A DNA stretch of 64,000 nt. It comes from an uncultured Acidimicrobiales bacterium (GTDB lineage Bacteria > Actinomycetota > Acidimicrobiia > Acidimicrobiales > SZUA-35). The notes under the pieces were generated by a model, which made no database searches, was not told where the DNA came from, and worked only from the letters and a program-made list of their open reading frames with translations. The position numbers were made by a program, and so were the translations under genes. Each line of letters begins with the position of its first letter. Position 1 is the stretch's first letter. Location of the stretch: NCBI GenBank assembly GCA_938002965.1, contig CALKZY010000017.1, forward strand, positions 19,443 to 83,442, in the 5' to 3' direction. Positions 26,249 through 35,125 of this stretch are shown in pieces.

Positions 26249-28231
26249 CTACCCGGACCTGTAGCGGTCTCGCAATCGGCGAACCAATCGGACTGTTCTA
26301 ACTCCGACACGACTGGCCGGTGACGACAGCACCTCCGAGCCCTGACTCCACTGCCGTGGCTGACGGCAACCCAAAACATCGGACAGGTGGTACGGAGCGA
26401 CCACGGGTCGAACCGTCGTCCCTGCCTCGTCATGTTCGAAGCCAAGAGCAGTCATGGACTCGGCTTCCTGCTTAGAAGGGCGATTCCACCACTGCCCCAG
26501 CGTTGTGCGAACCTCGCTGTCCAACACCACCGGCGAAGCCCCCCAGCCGGTCAACGTTTTTTGTGACGGCACAAGAGCAGCCATTCTCGTCGCTCCTCGC
26601 CACATCTCGCTGCGATACTCGTGGCCCAGATCGGCCGGACCTTGTTCATAGACGAGCTCGACTTCACCACCGGGCCCGCGCGAATAGTCGACAACTCTGG
26701 CCTTGCCTGATGCCGTTATCGTCTCCACGGTGGACACTGGGCCGTCCAGCGGGTCCGGAGACGAGACACCGTCGAATGCAAACCGTTGAATACGCACTCC
26801 ATCTTCGATGCCTGGTATGACCTTGTCACCGCCAAAGTGAAGATGCAGCGGCTCGTGCTCCAAGTACTCCCGCAACACCGATGACAGCAGCCAGGCCAAA
26901 CGACCACGCCAGCCAACATCAATGAGTGCCAGTTGTTCACGGCCGATCCCCTGACTGCGGACATGATCCAAAAGCAGGTCGCGTCGAGTGGCGGACCGAG
27001 CCTGAATCAGCTTCGCAGCCATCGGATCAAACAGCAGCTCATGCCAATGAGCAACGTTCTTCGGACTCAATGCGTTATCGGGTGCCAGCCGGGCCAATGG
27101 ATGGCCCACGCCAAGAACGTCAGCTACGTCTTGTGTGTCGAATCCGATTCGATCAAGAAGCAGAGAGAACGGAACGACATGACGGTTCACCTCAAGGAAG
27201 GCGTCGTCGGAGGCCGTCCCGTCGCTCAACCATTGGTCAATACCGACAGCTGATGCCGAGGCCAAGGTAACGATCAGACGGTTGCAGTGCAGGTATGAAG
27301 ATGGTAGGGCGCCCAGGTGATCACCACTCATGACTTCAGAGACCAACATGGGCAGCTCGCCGTCTCGGGCTAGAAATCCGACGTGGCCGACATCGTGTTG
27401 CCGACACTGCTCGGCCACCCACAAAACAAAGGCGGCCATGACGGGCCCGGCAACCTGGGTACCAACAAGCTGGAGCTGATACTCACGCTCACTTACCAAA
27501 CCGACCCGCCGCTCCTCCTCCAACTCGAGTCGGGCAAGTCGCGAGGCGGACGCCAACGCCGGGCCGAAACTTCTCGGCCGATGACTCATTGCCTCCTCGT
27601 GTCGGGTGAGGTTCCCGTCATCGACGATGAACGGCCGGAAGCCGTGGGCCGCGGCCATCACACCGTCGGACCACGCATTGTTCCCGGCGTGCCAAACCAC
27701 AACCGGTCGATCGGGCCAGATTCTGTCGAACAGTCGCCCGTCGGACTTTGTGGTTCCCTCCTCACAGGAGGCGATCACCCGATCGCCCTCCTCAAACAGA
27801 TGGAAACTCTCAAGAATCTGTTGGAGTAGGGCTGAGGATCGATCGGTGTCGGAGATGAACGTGACATGTCCCACAACAGACCGAACTTTGGCCAGCGCTG
27901 CCCGGACACCGGCAACCGGCCGACACATTTCGACCTCGAGAATGCCTGCCTCTTGCGCCCGCAGGCCTTGGCCCTCCGCTGCAGAATGTCGCTGCGCCAC
28001 CCGATGGTCGATGGCGTGCTCTATCGGATCATCTCCGGCCAGGTCACGAACGATACAGGTGTCAAAAACGTCGACCGTGACCGCATCGGGCCGATCCTGG
28101 ACAACCCTGTCGGCGAACGTCGGCCACGACAGCTGCTCCAGACCGAAACCCTGCCGGTGAAACCGGATGAGCAGGCGGGGACCAACCCAAGGGACAGCGG
28201 CGAGACGCTGGGCGAGGACAGGGGGAAACAC
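26249..28231 (-). CDS. large HAD-superfamily-like hypothetical protein (COG5610-like)
   Basis: 660 aa. DVFDTCIVR resembles HAD motif I of the D[IV]FDT[LC][IL]xR type. A later LIDVGWRGR segment resembles the second module of COG5610-type proteins, from memory. Confidence 0.55.
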   Translation of the reverse strand: MFPPVLAQRLAAVPWVGPRLLIRFHRQGFGLEQLSWPTFADRVVQDRPDAVTVDVFDTCIVRDLAGDDPIEHAIDHRVAQRHSAAEGQGLRAQEAGILEVEMCRPVAGVRAALAKVRSVVGHVTFISDTDRSSALLQQILESFHLFEEGDRVIASCEEGTTKSDGRLFDRIWPDRPVVVWHAGNNAWSDGVMAAAHGFRPFIVDDGNLTRHEEAMSHRPRSFGPALASASRLARLELEEERRVGLVSEREYQLQLVGTQVAGPVMAAFVLWVAEQCRQHDVGHVGFLARDGELPMLVSEVMSGDHLGALPSSYLHCNRLIVTLASASAVGIDQWLSDGTASDDAFLEVNRHVVPFSLLLDRIGFDTQDVADVLGVGHPLARLAPDNALSPKNVAHWHELLFDPMAAKLIQARSATRRDLLLDHVRSQGIGREQLALIDVGWRGRLAWLLSSVLREYLEHEPLHLHFGGDKVIPGIEDGVRIQRFAFDGVSSPDPLDGPVSTVETITASGKARVVDYSRGPGGEVELVYEQGPADLGHEYRSEMWRGATRMAALVPSQKTLTGWGASPVVLDSEVRTTLGQWWNRPSKQEAESMTALGFEHDEAGTTVRPVVAPYHLSDVLGCRQPRQWSQGSEVLSSPASRVGVRTVRLVRRLRDRYRSG

Positions 28232-28444
28232 TCATAGAGCATAGAGTCCATCCGCGCTGACTTTTGCCCGCCCAGGCAGCTCTTCTCGCTGCCTCTTGGA
28301 CTATCTTGACCGTCACTGAGTACGATCAGCGGTTTCGACCGCGAATAACCTTCAGCTCCGAACTGTTGAAATCGGGTAGCTTCGACCTCGAGGCTGACAG
28401 CACTACAGCTCACATTTGCAAGGAACGGGTCAACGATGTCGTCC

Positions 28445-29497
28445 ATGGCAACGCCACGAAAACGGCTCACAGAATTCAGTCACGGCGCTGGTTGAGCTTG
28501 CAAGCTCAGCCCTTCTGAGCTTGCGCACGTGTTGCGCGATCTAAACCCGGTTGCTGACGAACGGCTCATGGTTGACGCCACGACCGGTGACGATGCTGCC
28601 ATCTGGCGAATGGATGACGAACGAGCCCTCGTCTTAACTGCCGATTTCATCACCCCCATCGTCGACGACGCCACACAATGGGGACGGATCGCTGCGGCCA
28701 ACGCCGTATCGGACGTCTATGCCATGGGCGGCCGACCTTTGGTTGCGCTCAACCTTGTCGGATGGAACCGTGACGAACTCCCACTTAAGCTGCTGGCCGA
28801 AGTACTGGCAGGTGCAGGCGAAATTGCGGCCGAAGCAGGGTTTGTCATAGCCGGCGGTCACACCGTCGACGATCCCGAGCCCAAATTTGGACTGGCAGTC
28901 GTCGGAGAAGCTCACCCTGACCGTCTCCTCACCAACGCCGGGTTCTTACCTGGCCAGGATCTTATATTGACCAAGCCGCTCGGCATCGGGGTTGTCGCCA
29001 CCGCCATGAAGCGCGGAGCGTTGGCTGGTCCAGAGTTCGCTGCCCTGAGCGAATCAGCCGTCGAGTCAATGACGAAGCTAAATGATGTGGCAGCCAAGGT
29101 CGCCCTCGAAGCCGGTGCGACCGGGGCAACGGACATAACCGGATTTGGCCTGCTAGGCCATATGGCCAGAGCAGCCCGGGAGTCAAGAGTCGACGTTTCA
29201 ATTCACATCCCTAACGTCCCAGTCCTGGCTGGGGTCGCCGAACTGGCTCGTGCCGGTTTCGTGCCTGGCGGGTCAAGCAGAAACTTGGAGTCAGTACGTT
29301 CTCAACTGAACGTCGGATCGGCGGACGAAACCGGTGTCCTGCTCCTGGCAGACGCTCAGACATCCGGAGGACTCCTCTTCGGGGTCGCCGCGGACAAGAC
29401 AAACGAATGCCTCGACCAGCTAACCGATTCCGGTCATCAAGCTGCCGTCATCGGCCGAACCGATGAGGGTGCCGGTCAAATCAACCTTGTGGAGTAG
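28445..29497 (+). CDS. selD: selenide, water dikinase (selenophosphate synthetase) with in-frame UGA (predicted Sec)
   Basis: From ATG 28445 the translation reads MATPRKRLTEFSHGAG-TGA(28493-28495)-ACKLSPSELAHVLRDL..., continuous with listed ORF 28529..29497. E. coli SelD is [20 protein letters not shown] (from memory), so TGA aligns with Cys17 and the Lys20 equivalent is conserved. 350 codons, with the AIR-synthase-like motifs DDAAIW and GRIAAANAVSDVYAMGG. An in-frame ATG at 28436 is an alternative start. Confidence 0.88.
28500..28524 (+). other. candidate bacterial SECIS hairpin for selD UGA
   Basis: GCAAGCTCAG (28500-28509) pairs perfectly with CTGAGCTTGC (28515-28524). The loop is CCCTT. 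The hairpin begins 5 nt after the TGA. Confidence 0.45.
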
Positions 29498-29503
29498 CGG
29501 AGG

Positions 29504-30682
29504 TCAGCGCTCACGAGTAGCGGAGACGTCACCGGCCCGTACCTGCTCGGCAATCTCCTCGGCCGCTTCGCGAATCTCACCAGGAACGTCCTTGTCGAAG
29601 TCGTGATAGTCGCTGTAGCCCACCATGCCTAGGACTTCGCCCGACTTTGGCTCGCCGTCGGCCACCGCATCAAGCATCTCTTCTAGGCCGTCACCAACCA
29701 ACTTCACAATGCTGTTAACCAAGCATGGCTGGGCGTCGGAGATGACGTCCCACTTGTCGAAATCGACTCCGATGCAAAAGACCGAGTCGCCCGACGAGGC
29801 CGTCTCGACCAAGGCTCCGTGGCCCGTTTCTCCTCCGGTTGCGAATAGTACATCTGCGCCGGCATCAAGAGCTTGGGCAGCGGTAGCCGCTCCCCAAGCG
29901 GGATCAGCGAACGCCGTGTCGAGATCGCCGGGGTGGAAGAAGGCGTCGACATCGGTCCGGGAATTCGTGTACCGCACGCCGTTGGCGAAACCATCACGCA
30001 GGTCCGAGACCGGTGGTACAAGAGCGCTGCCGAGAATTTGGGCGACATCGCCCGATTCGGTCAAAAGTCCGGCCAGTGCTCCTGCAAGAAATCCGACCTC
30101 ATGATCCGAAAAGCTGAGAAGTCCTAGGTTCTCCGCCTCACTCAAACCAACGAGGTCGACACCGACAAAGTAGGTTTCGGGGTAGGCGGCTACGGCCTCG
30201 GACAAGATCGAGGTTCCGCTCCTCGCAGGGACCACCACGACGTCATATCCGCGATCAACCAAAATGTCGATGTTGTTGCGGAAGTCTTCTTCGTTATCCG
30301 ATGAGAGATCGACCACAGTGCCGTCATGATCATCGCCCCATTTGATCGCGGCGTCTATGACGGCGCTTTGTATTCCCACATCGGCCGCCGTGGCCATTCC
30401 CGAAGCCACGCCAACACACAGCTGGTCGGCATCATCGCCGGTTGAGCAGTCGTCAACCACAATGACGCCATCTGCTCCAAGCTCGGTGTCCTCCAATGCT
30501 TGAGGTGTCTGACCATCGTCCGCTGCTTCACGGTCACCCGATGTGCAACCGCCAATCGTCAGGCCGGCGACCACAATCAGCAGACTCAGCAGTCGGCTCC
30601 TGGTCCGGAACAGACGAAGTCGGTCCTGTTCCATTCGGTTGCGGGTCGGGCCGGGATCGGTGGTGTCATAGCGGCAGTTCAT
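29504..30682 (-). CDS. BMP family (PnrA/Med-like) substrate-binding lipoprotein
   Basis: Lipobox is LTIGGC. HEVGFLAGALAG and FCIGVDFDKW are typical of Bmp/PnrA nucleoside-binding lipoproteins. No ABC permease or ATPase genes lie adjacent. Confidence 0.8.
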   Translation of the reverse strand: MNCRYDTTDPGPTRNRMEQDRLRLFRTRSRLLSLLIVVAGLTIGGCTSGDREAADDGQTPQALEDTELGADGVIVVDDCSTGDDADQLCVGVASGMATAADVGIQSAVIDAAIKWGDDHDGTVVDLSSDNEEDFRNNIDILVDRGYDVVVVPARSGTSILSEAVAAYPETYFVGVDLVGLSEAENLGLLSFSDHEVGFLAGALAGLLTESGDVAQILGSALVPPVSDLRDGFANGVRYTNSRTDVDAFFHPGDLDTAFADPAWGAATAAQALDAGADVLFATGGETGHGALVETASSGDSVFCIGVDFDKWDVISDAQPCLVNSIVKLVGDGLEEMLDAVADGEPKSGEVLGMVGYSDYHDFDKDVPGEIREAAEEIAEQVRAGDVSATRER

Positions 30683-30758
30683 GGTCGTACCTGAAATCTA
30701 TCGGCACTTGACGACACGTTTGAGTGTCTGCGACCTTTGGCCGGAGACGGATGCGGCC

Positions 30759-31565
30759 CTACTTCAGATACTGGCCAAGCAGCGACTGGCCGGCTACAGC
30801 CACCAACCGACGCTCCTGGTCATAGATTTGAGTTAGCGCCAGACCTGTCCCGTCAGACGTCACCGTGGTCTCCGCGTCTAGGCAGAACCAGCGCCCCTTC
30901 GGCGTCTCGGCGAAGGCGATGTTCAGATCTGTGTTGATCATCCCGAACCGAGCCTCCCGATCGAACGTTGCGGAAATCCCCGACCCGAGATCGCTAACGG
31001 CGGCCACTCGCTGCGCCCCTGACGGAATCTGCCCCTCGACCACTGCGACAGTGAGATCAATCCAGTCCACCGCCGGACCCGCCTCTTCGAACTGACCGGA
31101 AACAAAGCGATGAGCAACAGCGTGGCTATGAAACGGGGTGCTGTCTGCTGGAGTCCACCACCTCGGCGCATCGACCGTCGCCACCTCTTCGGGGGCTGGC
31201 AGGTCGACGTAAACTGCAGCGCAATCCGGATCGGGAGCTGACGAGGTTCGGACCAAAAGACCTCTTGCCTGGGCTACCACTCGATCATCGGACAGTAGCC
31301 GAGCGTCGACATGAGCCACTCGCCTGCTGACGGGCAGGCGAGTACTCTGGAAACGAAGTGGGCTGAGCGGCACACCAGCCAAAAGGTCGACGTGAATACG
31401 GTTCAATCTCTCACCGGGCTCCAAGTGTTGTTCAACTACATAGGTGAGCAAGGCCGACGGCGGGCCACCGTGTTGGGCCGAAGCCATCCATGGCCCCATC
31501 GTCAAAGCGGACGGGTGGGCAATAGATCCGTCGACGGCATAGAGAAAGGGCGACACCTCGATGAC
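30759..31565 (-). CDS. acyl-CoA thioesterase-like (TesB-type double hotdog) protein
   Basis: The N-terminal region ...MGPWMASAQHGGPPSALL and the overall size resemble the thioesterase family with two hotdog halves. The start is uncertain (GTG 31565 or 31556; the ORF extends to 31685). Confidence 0.55.
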   Translation of the reverse strand, partial: VIEVSPFLYAVDGSIAHPSALTMGPWMASAQHGGPPSALLTYVVEQHLEPGERLNRIHVDLLAGVPLSPLRFQSTRLPVSRRVAHVDARLLSDDRVVAQARGLLVRTSSAPDPDCAAVYVDLPAPEEVATVDAPRWWTPADSTPFHSHAVAHRFVSGQFEEAGPAVDWIDLTVAVVEGQIPSGAQRVAAVSDLGSGISATFDREARFGMINTDLNIAFAETPKGRWFCLDAETTVTSDGTGLALTQIYDQERRLVAVAGQSLLGQYLK

Positions 31566-31747
31566 ACTAGCGACCGGAGATCGACATGAGCGAACGCAAC
31601 AACCTTGCTTGCGCGCCTCAAATCTATTGATGGACGACGGTGATACCGACCTTCTCGGCCAGCCGCTCCGCCAATAGCGGAACATGAACCGAGGAGATCG
31701 AGGTTCCTCTCAGTGTCAGCGGGTCACCGACCAGGAGTTCAGCCGCA

Positions 31748-32155
31748 TCAGCGAGATCGACCTCTTGAATTCGGCAGTGATCGAACCCAACGCCTGCGAA
31801 CCGACTGAAATGGCAAGTTGATCTTGCTCAGACTTGAACCGTAGAAGTCGCAATCACGAAGAATCGAATTATCGAAGACCGTCGACGCGATACTGATCAT
31901 GCGGAAGAGACACTCGCTCAACAAGCAATTCTCAAAAACGACATTGAGAAGGTTCTCGGTGAATCTTGTCCCGGCAAACTTCGATTGTGAGAAAAACGAG
32001 TTCCGGACCGAGACCAGCGTGAACAGCGAGAGGTCGCAGCCAACAAAACTGCACTCGTCTAAGGAGACCGGAGTCCCGCAGAGTAACTCCGCGTCGGCAC
32101 CGGTAAAAGGCAACACGGCGGAGATCAAGCGGTTCGGACTCGTCGAAGTCCCCAT
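31748..32155 (-). CDS. pentapeptide-repeat protein
   Basis: 135 aa. Consecutive 5-residue A(D/N)LxX-like repeats are present (CSFVGCDLSLFTLVSVRNSFFSQSKFAGTRFTENLLNVVFENCLLSECLF...). The gene is visibly more AT-rich than its neighbours and contains two in-frame TTA Leu codons. Confidence 0.6.
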   Translation of the reverse strand: MGTSTSPNRLISAVLPFTGADAELLCGTPVSLDECSFVGCDLSLFTLVSVRNSFFSQSKFAGTRFTENLLNVVFENCLLSECLFRMISIASTVFDNSILRDCDFYGSSLSKINLPFQSVRRRWVRSLPNSRGRSR

Positions 32156-32246
32156 CCAGCCATTCCGGGGCCATTGCCGACAGATACATCGTTGCGAGGC
32201 GACGGGGTTTGATCATCAGAAGTCCGACAGGTGGAGGTTATCTCGG

Positions 32247-32331
32247 TGCCCGGGGCGGGACTCGAACCCGCACGGAGGTTTCCCTCCCGAGGGGTTTAAG
32301 CCCTCTGCGTCTGCCATTCCGCCACCCGGGC
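32247..32331 (-). tRNA. tRNA-Leu (anticodon UAA)
   Basis: The reverse complement folds as a cloverleaf. Acceptor is GCCCGGG/CCCGGGC and D arm is GCG-GAATGGCAGA-CGC. Anticodon stem GAGGG/CCCTC carries loop CTTAAAC (anticodon TAA). There is a long variable arm, T arm GCGGG-TTCGAGT-CCCGC and discriminator A. CCA is not encoded. Confidence 0.9.
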
Positions 32332-32438
32332 CGATCTAGTTGGCGCACGGACTGCGCCGGGCCCAGTCTAGGAGGCGCTGAACGGTGCACCATCGACCGC
32401 CGGGTTGGCTAGTTGGTCTGCCGGCTCGCAACCGCAGG

Positions 32439-33866
32439 CTAGAACCGGAAACCGGGCGTTACGTGATTAGGAGAGGTGGCAACACCAAGCAGATTCAACA
32501 TGGCCGGAGCGATCTCGAACACGTCGACGGGTTCGAGACCAACCTTTGAAAATCTTCCAGAGTTACAGACGCCCAGTGTCCCGAGCGGGCTGTGTCGACC
32601 GCTCGAATGATCATCGACCTTCAAGATCTCGACCCCAACCTCGCCAGGGCGGCCGATCGAGCCTCCCAACGCCAGGTTGCCCTCATCCAGAACCTCGAGA
32701 TCGTAGGTGAAGGTAAGAACTGCGTCGGTCCGGTCGACACGAGCCTCATCGCTACCTCCCGACAGGTTCGCCAGCACCTTCTCAGCCTGCTCGCATTCAT
32801 CGGCCGTCGGGAACCGCAACGTCAGATTGGGGGTCATGGCTCCGAGGATCTCATAGCGCCCAGAGATCCCAATAGCATCAAGGAAAAGCTGCGGATCGCG
32901 AATAACCGCTTCCAAGGACCTCGAAGCATCCAAACGAGCGCTGGGCCCCTGCCCCATGGAAGAAACAATCACGAGAACGCGTTCATTCAGGCGGCACCAG
33001 TGAGCCACGTCACCAAGAAACCGGTCGACCAGTTCAACCGCAACGACAATTTCATCGTTGTGTCGACTAACCCAGTCTTCGTCGTAGTGGCTCGAGGTGA
33101 AGTCGTTGGGAAACATTGCGTACCAATAGCGATGCATCGCAGCCGCTACGTGATTGGTGAAGAACACCGCCAGATCCGGCGCCTCATCGTTCAACAGCCG
33201 GAGGAACAGGTCCGACAGGATCAAGAACTGGGCTGAGCGCAGCCGCTCCTTCGGTACCTTTCCAGCAGCCACCAGCCCGAGCATGCGGGCCAAGTTTGCC
33301 GCTGTCGCCGGACGCAGGGGTAGATGGCGCACCCCTTCAATTAGCGACTTCACTTGAGAGCGGTCCACAGCCAAACGGCTCTGACGTGAGTTTCGCTCCG
33401 TCAACTCCAGATTCAGTCGCTGAAATCCTTCAAAACGCGACGGCACTGTCGTCGGCTCGGAGGCGAAACAGTCAGGAATGACGAATCGGTAATCACCAGG
33501 TCGGCACTGCTGCTTCAGCGGCGACGAATGTAACACATTGACCAGTCCAACTGACCTACTGGCAGCGGCCTGCTGCCAGTAGAAGGGAAACTCAGCCGGC
33601 TTCGGGTCGTTGTACCACCAGATTCCGTGCCGCGCATAGGGGACGCCGGTGCCGACCGAGGCCCAGGTCTGAGACGGATACAGCTCGCGATCCAGCGATT
33701 CCGCAATCTTCGTTTCGACGAGCAACTTGTCGTCAACCATGGACTTGAGGAACGGCGCTCGGCCTCGCTCCGCCACGTCGGAGATCACCCGCAACGGGAT
33801 CTCGTTGATCTCAATAACAACAGCGCGGCCGGACATGAGTTCACAATCGGCACTACCGAAGCCCAC
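32439..33866 (-). CDS. hypothetical protein, possibly alkaline-phosphatase-superfamily (phosphodiesterase/pyrophosphatase-like)
   Basis: 475-aa ORF. PSQTWASVGTG, NHVAAAMHRYW and DDHSSGRHS loosely resemble metal-ligand and nucleophile segments of AP-superfamily enzymes. The functional call is weak, and the start is either 33866 or ATG 33836. Confidence 0.55.
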   Translation of the reverse strand: MGFGSADCELMSGRAVVIEINEIPLRVISDVAERGRAPFLKSMVDDKLLVETKIAESLDRELYPSQTWASVGTGVPYARHGIWWYNDPKPAEFPFYWQQAAASRSVGLVNVLHSSPLKQQCRPGDYRFVIPDCFASEPTTVPSRFEGFQRLNLELTERNSRQSRLAVDRSQVKSLIEGVRHLPLRPATAANLARMLGLVAAGKVPKERLRSAQFLILSDLFLRLLNDEAPDLAVFFTNHVAAAMHRYWYAMFPNDFTSSHYDEDWVSRHNDEIVVAVELVDRFLGDVAHWCRLNERVLVIVSSMGQGPSARLDASRSLEAVIRDPQLFLDAIGISGRYEILGAMTPNLTLRFPTADECEQAEKVLANLSGGSDEARVDRTDAVLTFTYDLEVLDEGNLALGGSIGRPGEVGVEILKVDDHSSGRHSPLGTLGVCNSGRFSKVGLEPVDVFEIAPAMLNLLGVATSPNHVTPGFRF

Positions 33867-33911
33867 CTGAGACGGCCCGGTGCACCGCCCTTGCGATAGG
33901 AAGGCGCTGCT

Positions 33912-34397
33912 TTAGCTTCGGTTCATCAATCTGACGACGGATCGGTAAAGATCCATGGCAGGATCAACCACTAGTCGCAGGAAAATGCTGACTATAAAAA
34001 GCTGGGTGATGATTCCGGCTGCCTTTGCCAATCGATACAGCGTCCCGAACTCGAGCTCGGTATGGTCGACGCGCATGTTTCCGGTTCCGCCCTCTACTGG
34101 CCCGAAGAGGCACGATCCATAGGCTCGGTCGCGCAAACCGAACCGGTTGGAGCGCTCAAAGTCGACTAGCTTTCGCTCCAACTCTTCGGCTTGGCTGCGG
34201 CAGGCCTGTTCGGTGACAATCGAGTCAAAAGGAGCGGCCACGGCTGAACGGGCGAACCGCCAGACAAACAGCGAGCCGATCAGAATCAGAACGACGATCA
34301 CCCCTCGAACCGCAAGAGCGGCAGGGTCCAAGGCAGCTAGCGGGTTGGGTCGGTCATCGGCGGTTGGGGTGGTTGGGGTTTCAGTCGCCATAGTCAT
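33912..34397 (-). CDS. hypothetical membrane protein
   Basis: 161 aa with two hydrophobic spans (GVIVVLILIGSLFVW and IITQLFIVSIFL). No family recognised. Confidence 0.5.
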   Translation of the reverse strand: MTMATETPTTPTADDRPNPLAALDPAALAVRGVIVVLILIGSLFVWRFARSAVAAPFDSIVTEQACRSQAEELERKLVDFERSNRFGLRDRAYGSCLFGPVEGGTGNMRVDHTELEFGTLYRLAKAAGIITQLFIVSIFLRLVVDPAMDLYRSVVRLMNRS

Positions 34398-34559
34398 TCC
34401 GGAAGTCTCTGGACACCAGTATGGCTGATGCCTTCAGCCAAAAGGCGCCGGAAGATCAATTCGACATGCCAACGAGCGCCTGTTCTCCTGTCGGTACCTA
34501 TGTCTCGCCGCCAACCCCAATTTGTAGATCTGTTGTTCGTCAGTGTTGATGGACCCGGC

Positions 34560-35051
34560 TTAGGCCGCCCGTCGATCTTCGGAGCGCCGGGTCGGCGTGT
34601 CGACATGGCCACTCTCCGGTTCAAGCTCGGACAAAGCGCCCATAGCGGCAACCCACAGCTGATCCCGAACGCTGAAATCGGCGTTGCGTCGATCGCCTGT
34701 TGCGGAACGCTCGTTGGAGGCGGAGATCCGACCCGCCTGCAGCACGCCTTCGACCATGTCGGCCGCTACCGACACCTTGGGCCTGGATCGGTAGCGCACA
34801 GCTACCGTAGCCCGCTGGCCGGGGCTTCGCCGGATAGAGCGTCCCGCTCCACCCGCAGTGGGTGGACTACGGAACGTCGGCACGGCCAGACCCAGTTCCT
34901 CCGCGGCAGCGCAGAGGGATCGAGCCAGATAGGCAAACTCGACCGAGTTAAGAGATGACGTCAGGATCTCAGGATCAGCGAATAGCCCGGATTCAACGTC
35001 CGAAGCGGTGTACGACTCCACGTCATCCACTATGTCGGAACGCTGTGACAC
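34560..35051 (-). CDS. hypothetical protein
   Basis: 163-aa ORF co-directional with its neighbours. No motif recognised. Confidence 0.45.
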   Translation of the reverse strand: MSQRSDIVDDVESYTASDVESGLFADPEILTSSLNSVEFAYLARSLCAAAEELGLAVPTFRSPPTAGGAGRSIRRSPGQRATVAVRYRSRPKVSVAADMVEGVLQAGRISASNERSATGDRRNADFSVRDQLWVAAMGALSELEPESGHVDTPTRRSEDRRAA

Positions 35052-35125
35052 TCAACAGACCGCACTGCCCCGAAGCCAGCGAACCGCACTGCGACGCTCC
35101 GTTTCTTGGAGCTACGTCACAGAAT

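Noticed and set aside
31690-32246. The AT-richer islet beside tRNA-Leu considered as an integrated mobile element.
   Set aside because: No integrase, excisionase or transposase is present, and I could not find a direct repeat of the tRNA 3' end. It is kept only as a compositional observation.
34398-34562. Possible UGA read-through joining same-frame neighbouring ORFs: 34560..35051 with 33912..34397, and 26249..28231 with 25412..26164.
   Set aside because: The intervening stops are TAA (34560-34562) and TAG (26249-26251), not TGA. Selenocysteine recoding therefore does not apply.
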